Positions 12,611 to 24,572 of a stretch of 64,000 bases of DNA are shown here, one piece after another. A program made the position numbers and the translations under genes. Source of the DNA: Malacoraja senta (Eukaryota); NCBI GenBank assembly GCA_038087875.1, contig CM075982.1:22568001-22632000 (forward strand). The letters run 5' to 3'. The notes under the pieces are model-generated. The model was not told the origin of the DNA. It saw only the letters and a program-made list of their open reading frames with translations, and ran no database searches. How positions within the stretch are numbered: the stretch's first letter is position 1; the number at the start of each line of letters is the position of its first letter.

Positions 12611-13679
12611 ATGCCTACTCCTTCTCATTTCCTTTCAACACACCACTTAAGCACAGTCATGTACCTTTGTTCCCACACATTTGTACCAGATCACAATCGT
12701 CGAAGCCCATGATCCCAGTTATATGTTAAAGCCCAAAGCACTGAATTTATTTAAGTTTGAGCAACTCTACTTGCGCACAGCACTGTGGCGGTGAAACACA
12801 CAGCGGTATTAAGCGATGTTAAGCTTGAGCATTTAAATTATCGTGGGCGGCTGTCTGATTGCCCCAGCTTGTACATTGTTGAATTCATCTGGTAAGGGAG
12901 GTTTTATGAGGAGGAGATAATTGGCAGATTCATTATCTCCTCTGATGTGAGAGGAGAAAAGGCTGCTGTATCTGCAGGCCAACTGGCAATTTCTTTCATC
13001 CCCCGCCACATTTGTAATTATATGAAAGCAGCAGAACAGATGAAGTGTGGGAGGGTAGTTCCCACATATCTGCTGTTGTCTGTCTTGGTATGGAGGACTC
13101 GGGCTTCGTGCATTGCTCCATTGCAATTAGTGGAAGCTGCACTGTCATTCTCTAAACACCTTTTATGTACTCGGCTCCCAAACCGTTGGTAGTGTGGGAA
13201 CAACGAAAAATGAAGGGAGTCAAATGTTCTTTAAGAACAAAAAGCATAGCCTCCTTGGGAATCAGACTCCAGCTATCAACCTTATCTATGCCCATCATAA
13301 TTTTATATCACCTCATTCGCTCGAGACAATTGCACTCAGCATCTATCTCATAACTCATAGTCCTCATAACTAAACTCAAAGCCCTCCTTCATGCAAAATC
13401 CCTGTGAATCTTTTCTGCACTCTCTTGACCTGAATCACATCTTTCCTGTAGCCTGGTGGCTAAAACTGTGTATAATACTCCAAGTGCGGCCTAACCATGA
13501 CAGAAGAGGTAATTTATTTTTGAAACAATCCCTTGCAGCATGAGTTTTTGAGTGCTGCTTAAAGAGTTCAAAATTTGAGGCGGACTGGACAATCAAGGTA
13601 GGGTTACTAAATCAAGACAATCAAGTGCTGGTTACTAAATGGCAGGAATGGATTTTCTACATAACATGTTTCAAACAAA

Positions 13680-13842
13680 TGTGTAAGAAAGTACTGCAGA
13701 TGCTGGTTTAAATCGAAGGTAGAGACAAAATGCTGGTGTAACTCAGCGGGACAGGCAGAATCTCTGGAGAGAAAGAATGGATGACGTTTCGGGTCAACAT
13801 CTTCTTCAGTCAGAAGAAGGGTATCGACCCGAAACGTCACTC
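13680..13842. repeat. Penelope-associated terminal repeat with an inverted pair of hammerhead-like motifs
   Basis: atgacgtttcgggtcaacatcttcttcagt|cagaagaagggtatcgacccgaaacgtcac forms an imperfect palindrome centred near 13810. Confidence 0.75.
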
Positions 13843-14439
13843 ATGTTTCAAACCATCCACTGTATTTAAACCTCAGCATGGATTACAAGGCTGTCCAAAT
13901 AAATCAAGTCAGGTTTATTGTCACATGCATAAGCACAGTGAAGTGCAGGCACAATTAAAATCTTGCTTGCAGCGGCATCACAGGTACATGGACTCAATTA
14001 ACGCACAAAAACAGGAATGTGTTAAATGATTGTCATCTGAGAACACTCTCAAATACACAGTCATTTTTTTTTTAAAGTTCAGGCACAGTTTTAATTTGGG
14101 TTTTACTTGTTTATATATTAAATTTGCTTGTTTGTAAAACTCGCCCTGCTCATTCTGTTGCAACAAAGTAGGCTCATTGATTGGAACCTTTGAAATGTTC
14201 TAAGTGGGGCACTCAACCACACAGATGAAAAGTTCAAAGATCAATGAGTTTGGATTGGTATCAGCTAACTAAAATGGAACATTTGTTAAATGGGGCCAAG
14301 TAATAAATGTGCAGTACAGAGCTATGCCCAGGAATATGGGGTTCCTGGTAAACTTTTGGATGAAATACAAAATGGGGATGTGCAGAAGAGTTAAACTAGG
14401 GGCGTTCCAGAATTCTTTGCCTCTGTCAATTGCCATTTG

Positions 14440-14710
14440 AGTCAGTCACACAACATGGAAACACATCTTTCAGCCCACCAAATGTACACTATTCATCGAC
14501 CACAGACATGCACAAATCCTTTTTTATTCACTCCATATTCTCATTAACTCTTCCAGATTCTACCCCTCAAATTCACATTGTGGCAATTTACGGAGGCCAA
14601 TTAACCTACTCGCATGTCTTTTTGCGATTTGGGAGGAAACCAGAACACCTGGAGGGAATCACTCTGCAATTTCCACACAATCAGCACCCAAGTTAGGAGT
14701 GAACCCAGGA
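14440..14710 (-). mobile_element. Degenerate HE1-type SINE
   Basis: ggccaattaacctac...gggaggaaaccagaacacctggagg is the reverse complement of the SINE core. Confidence 0.6.
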
Positions 14711-15929
14711 AACAATCAATTCAGGATGTGAGCTGAGGGATATCTCTATATGAAAGAACATCCCCCAAGAATGGTGAAATCAGTCGTGGAACAATAATTA
14801 TGGAGATCTCTTGCTTTTCTATTAGTAATCCTTTACATGAACTTATGAACTGCATCTTTTCTTTTGCTTTGGAGCACTCATTAAATGCAGTCTTAAAATA
14901 CTTGGTTAAAATTTAGAGATAATTTCATTTAGTTGGTCCCTATTTTCTATGTTTCATTACTTGACCTATTTAACATATTAAATGTCGGAAACATAAAAAA
15001 TGGAAGCTGAAATAGGGTATTCATCCTTTTACGCCTGCTCCATCATTAAATATGACTATGACTGATCTTCTATCTCAATGCTACATTATGGTCGTCTTTT
15101 GCGCCTGGAAATCTACCTATCTGTTCCTGAAATATATTCATTAACTTAGTCTCCAGGCTCTATGGTGGTTAATCCACAACAAAAAGCAGTGCTGGAGGAT
15201 GTCAGCTGGTCAGACACTATCTCAGGAAGGATATGGACATTGATGTTTCTGTAGAGACCCTTCCTCAGGACTGTAATTCATTGAATTGCCGAGATTCACG
15301 ATCCTTTGAGTGGAGAAATTTATCTTTACCTCATTGGATTCTTGCTTTGCATCCTGAGCATGTGCGCATGCACAGACTAACATACCATTTGTCTTCCTAA
15401 CAGTGTGTAGTACCTGCCTATATGACTGATGTACCAGTTCTTTCGAGTCTCTTTGTATGTTTCCTCATTAATCAATATATAAATAAAATTCTACCATTCT
15501 GCTCTTCCTAGCCAATTGAATAACCACACTTTGTCATGTTATACCTGCCGTATATAAAAGCCGTCGCCAGGTCACAAATGGGTTTTCTTTTTACAGAAAT
15601 CCATAAATCCATTTTGCCACTTGATATGATAACAATATTTACACAGTATGACAATGACTGGAACCAAAAGCGCAAATGATTGATACGGAAAAACATTTAT
15701 TGGAAGTGGAGAGAGAGAGATTAGTTCTGATGTTCATTTGAACAAACATGCAAGTGCATTGGACGTCCGAATTTAATAATATTACAGGCACTTGTTTGTA
15801 TATAAGGGTGACCTCAAGTCAGTTGTTTGTACAGCTTGTACTTACAAAATGTGTCTAAATACCTTGAAGCCTCTTCATCCTCCTCACAACATATAATCCC
15901 AGCCAAACAAAAGACAAAATAATGGAGTA

Positions 15930-18510
15930 GGTCAGGCAGCATCGCTGGGGAACATGGATAGGTGATGTTTCCGGTTGGGGATGTTTCTTGAGGGGGAGCA
16001 AACTGGAAATGTGGTGGGGATGGTACAAAGCCAGGCAAGTACATGTGGATGCAGGTGAGAGGGTTTTAATTGGCAGATGAGTGGACAAAGGCCAGAGATG
16101 GAAAGAAGACAAAAGGTTGTGAGATAAGGAGAGAAGTGAGAAATACAAAGCCAAAGGAAGGTATGTAGGTGGAAGGGGGTGGAGGGAAGGGGAAAGGGGG
16201 TTGGATAGTGGAAAAAATAGGTGGGGGCATGTGGAAGAGGGGGGGGAGAGAAAAAAAAGTTGTAAGCTACTGAAGTGGAATATGAGGTGCTGTTTTTACA
16301 ATTTGCGTGTAGCCACACTATGGCAATGGAAAGGTCAGTCTAGGAATGGGAAGAGAGTTAAAAATAGTTAGCAACCTGGAGATCCAGCAGGCCTTTGCAG
16401 ACCAAGCATAAGGTTTGGTGACAGTCGCCTCTTCTACACTTGGTTCCTCCAATATAAAGGAGGCCACATTGGGAGCACCAAACCCAATAGTTGATGTCTT
16501 CTATAAACCTGCTGCCTCCCACAATTATCTGGGCTACACCTTCTTCCATACTGCCTCTTGTAAAAACGGACTGCATGCCTGACTTTCAATTCCTCCATCC
16601 CTGCTGCTTTTGCACCCAAGATGAAGCTTTCCACTCAAAATGTCCTCATTCTTTAGTAAATGTGGTTTTCCCCCTGCTGTCATAGATAGATCCCTCGCCC
16701 ATGTCCTCTGTGTCCCGTATTTCTACTCTCGTTTCCCCCCTCCCCGAGGATAGAATTTCCCTGGTCTATGCCTTTCACCCCATCAGTCTCTGCATCCGAC
16801 ACATTCTCCAACATTTCCGCCACCTTCAATGTGATCTCGGCACCAGTCACATCTTCCCGTCCCCACCTCTTTCTGCAGAGGCCACTCCCTTTGCAACTCC
16901 TTGGTTCAGTCTTCCCTTCCCACCCAAACCATCCCACCCCCACATCCCTTCCCTGCAAGCACAGGAGAGGTAACAAGTGTACATATACCTCCTCTCCCTC
17001 ATCCATCTAGGGGCCCCCACAGTCCTTTCAGGAAAGATAGAGATTCATGTGCACCTCTAATCTCATCTACTGTATTCGGTGCTCCTTGTATGACCACCTT
17101 CACGTTGGCGACACCAAGTGTAGACTAGGCGATCATTTCACTAAACCTTTAAGAAGGGATTGCAGATGCTGGAAAAATCGAAAGTAGACAAAAAAATGCT
17201 GGAGAAACTCAGCGGGTGAGGCAGCATCTATGGAGAAAAGGAGTAGGCGACGTTTCGGGTTGAGACCCTTCTTCAGACTGATGTTGGGGCGGGCGGGAAA
17301 AAGAAAGGAAGAGGCGTAGACAATAGGCTATGTGGGGGAGGGGAAGGAGGGAGAAAGCAAGGACTACCTGAAATTGGAGAAGTCAATGTTTATACCGCTG
17401 GGGTGTAAACTACCCAAGTGAAATATGAGGTGGTGTTCCTCCAATTTGCGCTGGGCCACACTCTGTCAATGGAGGAGGCCCAGGACAGAAAGGTCAGATT
17501 CAGAATGGGAGGGGGAGTTGAAGAGTTGGGCAACCGGGAGATCAGGTTGGTTAGTAAAGACTGAGCGGAAGTGGTGGGCAAAGTGGTCGCCGAGCCTACG
17601 CTTGGTCTCGTCGATGTAGAGAAGGTTACACCTACGACAGTGGATGCAGTAGATGAGGTTGGAGGAGGTGCAGGTAACCTCTGCCTCACCTGGAAAGACT
17701 GTTTGGGTCCTTGGATGTAGTCAAAGTAACAAGTGGAACATTTCCTGCGGTTGCAGAGGAAAGTACCAGGGGATGGGGTGGTCTGGGTGGGACGGGATGA
17801 ATCTGCTCAGTCCACCAAGGCCTGCTGGATCTCCCAGTTGCTAACCATTTTAAATCCCCTTCCCATTTCCATACCGACCATTTTGTTGTGGGCCACCTCC
17901 GTTGTCATAGAGATGCCACACGCAAGCTTGTAGGAGGAACAGCAAATCGTATTCTGCTTGAGTAGCTGACAACCCAACAATGTGAATATTGAATTCTCCT
18001 ATTTTGGGTAATTAACTAACCCCCCCCCCCCTTTTTTATCCCCTTCTCTTCCCTGTGCTCCACCTGGATGTGCACCTATTTCTCGCACTACCCCATTCCC
18101 TTCCACCTCCATCCCTTCGTCTGTCTTCACACTTTGCGCCTCGTCTCCTTATCTTGTACCGCTGCTGGCAAATTCATTGTACCGCTGCTGGCAAATTAAT
18201 TTCACTTGCACGTTATGTTCAAGTGACGAATAAAACTGATATTGATATTGTAGCCTTTCAACTTCTTCCCATCTCTGGCCTTTGTCAACTCATCTGCCTG
18301 TCAAAACCCCTTCACCTGAATGCATGTCTCACTTGCCTGGCCTCGTCCTGCCCTCAGCTTTCTTTGTCCTACTACAATAAGTCTATAACAACTTTCTACC
18401 CCCGACTACAATCAGTCTGAAGAAGTTCCAGGCCGAAACGTTGCCTATCCATGTTCCCCAGAGACGCTGTCCTGACTCGCTGAGTTCCTCCCGCAGTTTG
18501 TATTTTGCTT
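15930..18510. mobile_element. Cluster of Penelope-like element fragments in alternating orientation
   Basis: About 15930-16480 (-), 16500-17140 (+), 17160-17790 (-) and 17810-18510 (+). GIY-YIG-type remnants (CSQCGLLYIGGTKCRRGD; LIYCIRCSL) and ISLVYAFHP...HILQHFRHLQCD...HIFPSPPL. Confidence 0.85.
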
Positions 18511-18879
18511 ATAAATATTACATTCAGCTCCCTTATCTGAATCATTGAAGTGCATTGTGAATAGATATTAATATTACAAAACCAATAATGTTTTAAGATA
18601 AGCTTTCTGCACATATCAAATTGCAAGGGACCAAACAATGACCTGTAGATTTAAAAATAGATGCTACATGTGTGAATAGAAACACAGATTCCTCTGAGTC
18701 CAAAATCTGCTTTTGAATAAAGTATCTTGAAGTTGTCAGTTCTATGAATATGGAGAACAATTGGGCACCATTACACCCAGCAGCTAACTGGCTAAAATGC
18801 CAATTTTCTCTGCAAGTTAATGTTCAATTTTTTTGCATTTGTCCAATGCATCAGCTCATCAAACGTAAGCTGCAAGGAA

Positions 18880-19125
18880 TGTATATTTAGACACAAAATG
18901 CTCGAGTAACTCAGCAGGACAGGCAGCATCTCCAGCGTTTTGTGTCTAACTTTGATTTAAACCTGCATCTGCAGTTCCTTCATGCACATATTGTCTGCTC
19001 CACTGCGAAATTGACTCAAGGTATGTCTACCTTGAAGAAGTACATTCCTTCTCTTCAGAGATGCTGCCTGTCCTGCTTTTACTCCAGCATTTTAAACCAG
19101 CATCTAAAGTTCCTTCATACACAGC
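18880..19125. repeat. Penelope-associated short terminal repeats
   Basis: agacacaaaatgctcgagtaactcagc..., and gatgctgcctgtcc...actccagcattttaaaccagcatct. Confidence 0.6.
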
Positions 19126-19179
19126 ATTGTATATTTGTCTGACTATCCAACGGCAGTGTTGGATGTGAAAATTTCTCCA

Positions 19180-19428
19180 ATGATGGGGAGGCGGGGGCGC
19201 AGAGGGAAGGAGGCGGTGGATGCGGCACCAGCACCCCCTCAGGCTGGCCCAGCACTGGATAAGGGAGCAATGGTGAAGAAGAGGCGGCGGCAGCAACAAC
19301 AACCGGCTCAGCCGCAGCCCCAGTCAGTGCAGCTGCCCAAGAAGGCCCACCGTCACCGAGCGCGTCTTGTCGGTGGCGGCGTCCAGCAAGCAAGCAGAGG
19401 CACGGCATCTCGCTGGCCGCGCTCTCGG
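19180..19428 (+). pseudogene. Linker histone H1-like gene fragment (N-tail plus start of globular domain), frameshifted, running into the assembly gap
   Basis: A/P/K/R-rich segment (EAVDAAPAPPQAGPA...KKRRR...PKK), then PTVTERVLSVAASSK from 19346, then QRHGISLAAL at 19395-19424 once a 4-bp caag duplication is removed; compare H1 PSVSELIVKAVSASKERSGVSLAAL. Confidence 0.65.
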
Positions 19429-19604
19429 NNNNNNNNNNNNNNNNNNNNNNNNNNNNNNNNNNNNNNNNNNNNNNNNNNNNNNNNNNNNNNNNNNNNNNNN
19501 NNNNNNNNNNNNNNNNNNNNNNNNNNNNNNNNNNNNNNNNNNNNNNNNNNNNNNNNNNNNNNNNNNNNNNNNNNNNNNNNNNNNNNNNNNNNNNNNNNNN
19601 NNNN
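19429..19604. other. Assembly gap (176 N)
   Basis: Run of n characters. Confidence 1.
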
Positions 19605-20769
19605 TAAGTTGAAGCATCGTAAGTCGAGGAGCACCTGTAATACTGCTTGAACAATTCTTTCTTCCAACTCTAGCCTCTTGTATATTCTCCATTTCACTTG
19701 CTTCACTATTAGCAAATGTTATTCATCTACTGAGACCATAAATTTTGCATTAATCTCCACCCCTCTACCTCCCTGTGGCTTTCAAATTTCATCTTAAAAT
19801 CCAAGCCCAGCCCCTTGATCAAGCTTGAATTTGTTCTGGTTTATTTTGCATGAGTTCATTCCTATTAAGTGCCTTGTGATGTTTTCTTATAATAAGCATA
19901 CTATATAGGTTGGTATCCCTTTGTCGAAATTCATTTGGATAATGCAATGATTTCCATCTCAGTGGGCTGATCTACTTCAGTAATGCAGTCGTGCCCATAA
20001 AACCCATGGCTTTGATTGTAAATGGTTTGAAACCACAAACGTCTGTCTGTTGTCCGACAAAGTAATTTTCATATTGTGATCTCATCTGTTAGCTTGAAAG
20101 TGTTCAAAGATAGCTGCTCAAATCTGGTCAAGTTACGAGTTTTCCAGTAGCAACTGAAAGTTTGTTGTAGGTGTATGTATTCTGGGAATTGTATACATGT
20201 CTTAACTAGGTTGGCATACAGATACAAATCTTTCCCATTTGGAATCTCCTTTGCAATGTGTAAATGATGGGTAGCTTGAAAATTTCAAGATGGAAGAGGC
20301 GCAGTTCCAAAAACATATTTTTGTTCAATTATGTAACTAGAGGAGCGGTTGCAATTTTTTTGTGAAACTGGGAATTATGAGCTCCATGTTTTGTTTCTTG
20401 GTGCCAGTATGTTAGTTTTTAGTCGGGTCCACCATTTATTCACTCTATTCTACTTCTCCTTTTCTGTATTGTAATCAAGTCATCTGATGTCCTGAATCCA
20501 TCTCACTGTCGAGATGCTCTGTCATAATAAGGTCATCATAATGGACAATAAGAAGAATAAGCACTGAGTAATTGTGAAGGAATCACGGATCGGTGTCAGA
20601 CTAGTTGTACAGGAATTCACTAGCAGCAGTTTGATGGAATATTTGTACGAAATATTCCTCTGAATTTTTAGTTGTGCAAATGCTCTAAAAGCATTTACTG
20701 AGTTGCATGCATCAGCAATGGCTTCATAACACTAATTACACAAACATGAGATCAACTTTTCAAAAACGT

Positions 20770-20905
20770 AGACAAGGAAATGAATAGATAGGGCGAACGC
20801 AGTCTTTTTCCCCAGTATAGGGACATCAAAGACATGAGGGGATAGATTTAAGGTGATAGATTAAATACGAACTTGAGGGGCAACCTTTTCACACAGAGGG
20901 TGTTG
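20770..20905 (+). mobile_element. CR1 3' fragment interrupted by the TIR element (resumes at 22863)
   Basis: ...acttgaggggcaaccttttcacacagagggtgttg | ggtatatggaac continues after the insertion. Confidence 0.7.
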
Positions 20906-22862
20906 CAGGGCTCTCACTTCTTTTTTCCCTGATGCCAGCCGGGCAACCTAGACAGCTTTTTAGGTTGCCAAATGACGGTTCAGGTGGTCATTACATGCAT
21001 GACGCGTGTGATAATGTGCTCGGATGAAGTGCGTAGTTACCAGTCGGAATTATGCTCAATGAAGCATTCACATATTATTTCTGCTTCAAATAAAGTCACA
21101 AACTAAACATATTCACCAATCAAGACATGATATATACCATAATGACATGCAGCAAAATTATAATACAGTATCTCAACTCTTTTTACACATTGCAATGAAT
21201 GCAATTTCTATTATTTCTTTCCACTTCCAAACAAAAATGTGGTTGGATTATTCAGCGTATGATCAACCTGTGTCAATAAATCCTGGACCATGGTAACATA
21301 TATGCTTAACCATGCACACTACAGATTGATGCAAGCATGTTTTCTGTGAAGGACACGGCCATAGCATGGGTCGTTATTGCTATTGGTACAGAAACACTCT
21401 CGCTTCCCACATAATTTATCCACAACAAAATATACAGGTTGCAAGGAAATTTTTAAAGGCATTTTATGATAATAGCTGTTAAAACTGACTATACCCATCT
21501 GACAGGTTAAATATTACACTAACTGACAAGAGATGGCCAAAGGACATAACTGCAGCAAATGTTCTTTTGGTAATATGTTTAAAGGTGTCAAAACGCCACA
21601 TTACCGGACATTCAGATTAGATTATGTTTCCATCATTCCCAATTCAGAATTAACGTTAAAATTTAAACTGAAATATCTCCTGAGCAAATTTGTGATGTAT
21701 ATGACTGACTGTAGAAGTAAAACCTGGATAAATCCAACGTTTCGTGAATGTTGCTCATTAAATAACTACAGTACTGATACTCCATATTAAGAGCATTGAT
21801 TTGCCGTTAAAATGAATTCTGTAATAACATGTCAACCGTAGCAGTGACAATCGAACACTGCGGTTTTAATGTTTCACGTGTTCACAATTTAATTAATCCA
21901 TCTTTATGGATTAAAACAAACAATGGGGGGAGCAGTGCATGATGAATGGGAGGAGCAGTGCAGGATGGATGGGAAGGGGGGTCAGTACAGGAGGAATTGG
22001 GGGGCCAGTGTCGGATGGATGGGGGGTGGCATGAGAATCAATGTGAGGTTGATAGGGAGATCAGTGCAGGATGAATAGATGGGGGGGGGGGGGGTATATG
22101 GGGGGGGGAGCACAGGGTATGCCAGTGAGGACTGAATAGAGGCAGGAATGGGGATCAGTGTGGGATGGAGAGGAGGGGTCCCAGGATAAAGGGGGGCGGA
22201 GGGGGGCGTACAAGAGAGAGAGAGGGGGGGGGGGGTGGGGAGGAAGGAAGGTCAGCATTCCTCGGACATCACCGGCATCATCGCCCCGCTGCCTTGGCCG
22301 TCCCTGTCCACCGCCAAGTGCTGCCGCCAAAGGGGGAGGCAGTTGGGATCTCCTCGCCACTGCCTCCCCTCCTCCGCCAGCCAACAGGAAGGTGCGGGGC
22401 TGAGCGGTGCAGGTGCTTCAGACGGCAGAATGGGGCCTCCCCCTTCTCCGCCCCCCTTCCTCTCTCCTGCCGGCCTCGGCGTGCGGGAGGGTTTGTTTTG
22501 AAAGCGGTTATTGCCGTTGGCGGAGTGGCAAGCAGCGGCCACTATCAGGGCCGGCGGGGTGCGGGAGGAGGTGGAACCGCTGCTGCTGTACGGGCCCGTC
22601 ATTCGCTCCGACCCTCCGTCACCCCGCACCTAGTATCTTTCCCCGCACTACTGCCGCCACCGCCGCTGACACAAAACGTCACTTATTCCTTTTCTCCAGA
22701 GATGCTGCCTGACCCGCTGAGTTACTCCAGTTTTTTGTGTCTATCTTCGGTATAAACCAGTATCTGCAGTGCCAAGCCGGGCAAAATGACTCTGCATTTA
22801 GGTTGCCCGGTGGCACTTTAGGTGACCATTGGCACCCAGGCAACTGCTAATTTCGAGCCCTG
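20906..22862. mobile_element. Non-autonomous DNA transposon with TIRs and 5-bp TSD (hAT5-like)
   Basis: Ends CAGGGCTC...GAGCCCTG; subterminal inverted motif gccagccgggcaacct / aggttgcccggtggc; TSD TGTTG at 20901-20905 and 22863-22867; no transposase ORF. Confidence 0.82.
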
Positions 22863-23090
22863 TGTTGGGTATATGGAACAGAGCTTCTCTATCAAGTTTG
22901 CAGTTTAGAATACTTGTTCAAAGAGGCCAAATGGGTGGCATTGGTGGCTTGTTTACATAGAATGTATTAACTTGATGACACAAGATGTATAGAGTGGATG
23001 ACAATAGAAATATAAAGAAAGCCATGTACTATCTGATTTCTTGTATGTATTTATGAACACTTTGTTTTTTAAATTAAAAGATAGATGGCA

Positions 23091-23420
23091 CATAGAAACA
23101 TAGAAACATAGAAAATAGGTGCAGGAGGAGGCCATTTGGCCCTTCGAGCCAGCACCGCCATTCATTGTGATCATGGCTGATCGTCCCCTATCAATAACCC
23201 GTGCCTGCCTTCTCCCCATATCCCTTGACTCCACTAGCCCCTAGAGCTCTATCTAACTCTCTCTTAAATCCATCTGGTGACTTGGCCTCCAATGCCCTCT
23301 GTGGCAGGGAATTCCATAAATTCACAACTCTAGGTGAAAACGTTTTTTCTCACCTCAGTCTTAAATGACCTCCCTGTTATACTAAGACTGTGGCCCCTGG
23401 TTCTGGACTCGCCCAACGCT
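23091..23420 (-). mobile_element. Well-preserved CR1/HER1-type LINE 3' end
   Basis: (catagaaa)3 tail followed by ataggtgcaggaggaggccatttggcccttcgagccagcacc... Confidence 0.85.
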
Positions 23421-23575
23421 CACCCAATATGTACCTTGGTCATGAGGCACAGTTCCTTTGCTATATTAGTATATTGGTTCACACCAGGTTTTACAGTGGG
23501 TGTACGGTAGTGCAAGGTTTCTTTTGAAAATGGTGTAATTGTAACATTGTAATTATGTCATTTCTTCATTTCTAG

Positions 23576-23657
23576 GTGGCTGCTGTGGATCAGATCATAA
23601 GCAATATGTCATTGGGGGATGGGCCTGGGCCTGGTGGTGCGTCTCGCAGGCACAGAG
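23576..23657 (+). CDS. FLOT2: Flotillin-2 coding exon 2 (82 nt; SPFH-domain N-terminal hydrophobic stretch with the CC palmitoylation motif)
   Basis: tttcttcatttctAG|GT GGC TGC TGT...CAG AG|GTGAGA. Translates (G)GCCGSDHKQYVIGGWAWAWWCVSQAQ(R), matching vertebrate FLOT2 GGCCGSDYKQYVFGGWAWAWWCISDTQR. Length 82 nt with phase 1/2 boundaries as in vertebrate FLOT2. Not shown in this frame in the ORF track. Confidence 0.96.
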
Positions 23658-24255
23658 GTGAGATAGGCAAGGGCACTCTCTCTCCCTTTTCCTCTTTTTC
23701 TTCCTCGCCAAGGTATGAGAAGCTGTGTAAATTAATATTTGATGGGAATAACATGCAAGGTGTCACCTTGCACCCAGTGTCGCTGATTGCCTGTGGTAAA
23801 TGGCCGGAGCTGTCAGCCTCCCTACTTTTCAGAAAATATGATTTGTATTTCAATGCATTTTACATTTTCTATCACTTGAGTGAATGTTAAATTACAGTGA
23901 ATGTAAGTTTTATTTGTTTATATTCAGTATATGATGACACGTTACCAAGGGCTAGGTTGTTACTAGTCTTTCTCTGCAAAAAATTGTTTTTGCCTTATGT
24001 GAAGATCTTTGCTAATATAATTTTTATTTTCAATAATTTTCTTTTATATTGTCTTTTTAACTAAAAATGTCATGTCAATAGAAGGATATGGTGAGAAGCT
24101 CAATAAAGTAATGTGTACGGGGAAAATAACTATTCCAAAATCAAGAAACTTGAGCATTGACACAGCATATCCAGAATATGTCCATTTTCTTGAGTGGTAT
24201 GGCAAATTTATTTAAATAACTTAAATTTACATGTATTTAAATAGTGTATTTAAAG

Positions 24256-24572
24256 GGCGATACTGTGGCGCAACTGTAGAGCTGTTGCCTCACAGCGCCA
24301 TGGACACTGGTTCGATCCTGATCACCGGTGATCTCTTTGTGAACTTTTTGTTTTCCCTGTGACCATATAGTTTTTCTCCAGGTGCTCTGGTTTTCTCACA
24401 AATCAAAGACATCGGGGTTTGTAAGTTAATTGGCCTCTGTAAATTGCCCTTCATGTGCAGGGAGTAATTGTGAAAGTGGAGTAATATAGACCGAGTGAAT
24501 GGGTGATCGATGATCAGCGTGGACTTGGTGGGACGAAGGGCCTGTTTCCATGCTGTATCGCTAACTCTAATC
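24256..24572 (+). mobile_element. HE1-type SINE
   Basis: tggcgcaactgtagag...ggttcgatcc...gaagggcctgtttccatgctgtatc; homologous to 6765-7063. Confidence 0.82.

Noticed and set aside
22061-22755. Overlapping long ORFs
   Set aside because: A by-product of GC-rich low-complexity sequence inside a TIR element; no recognisable domain.
23576-23890. 104-aa ORF MAAVDQ...
   Set aside because: Wrong frame of FLOT2 exon 2 extended into intron.
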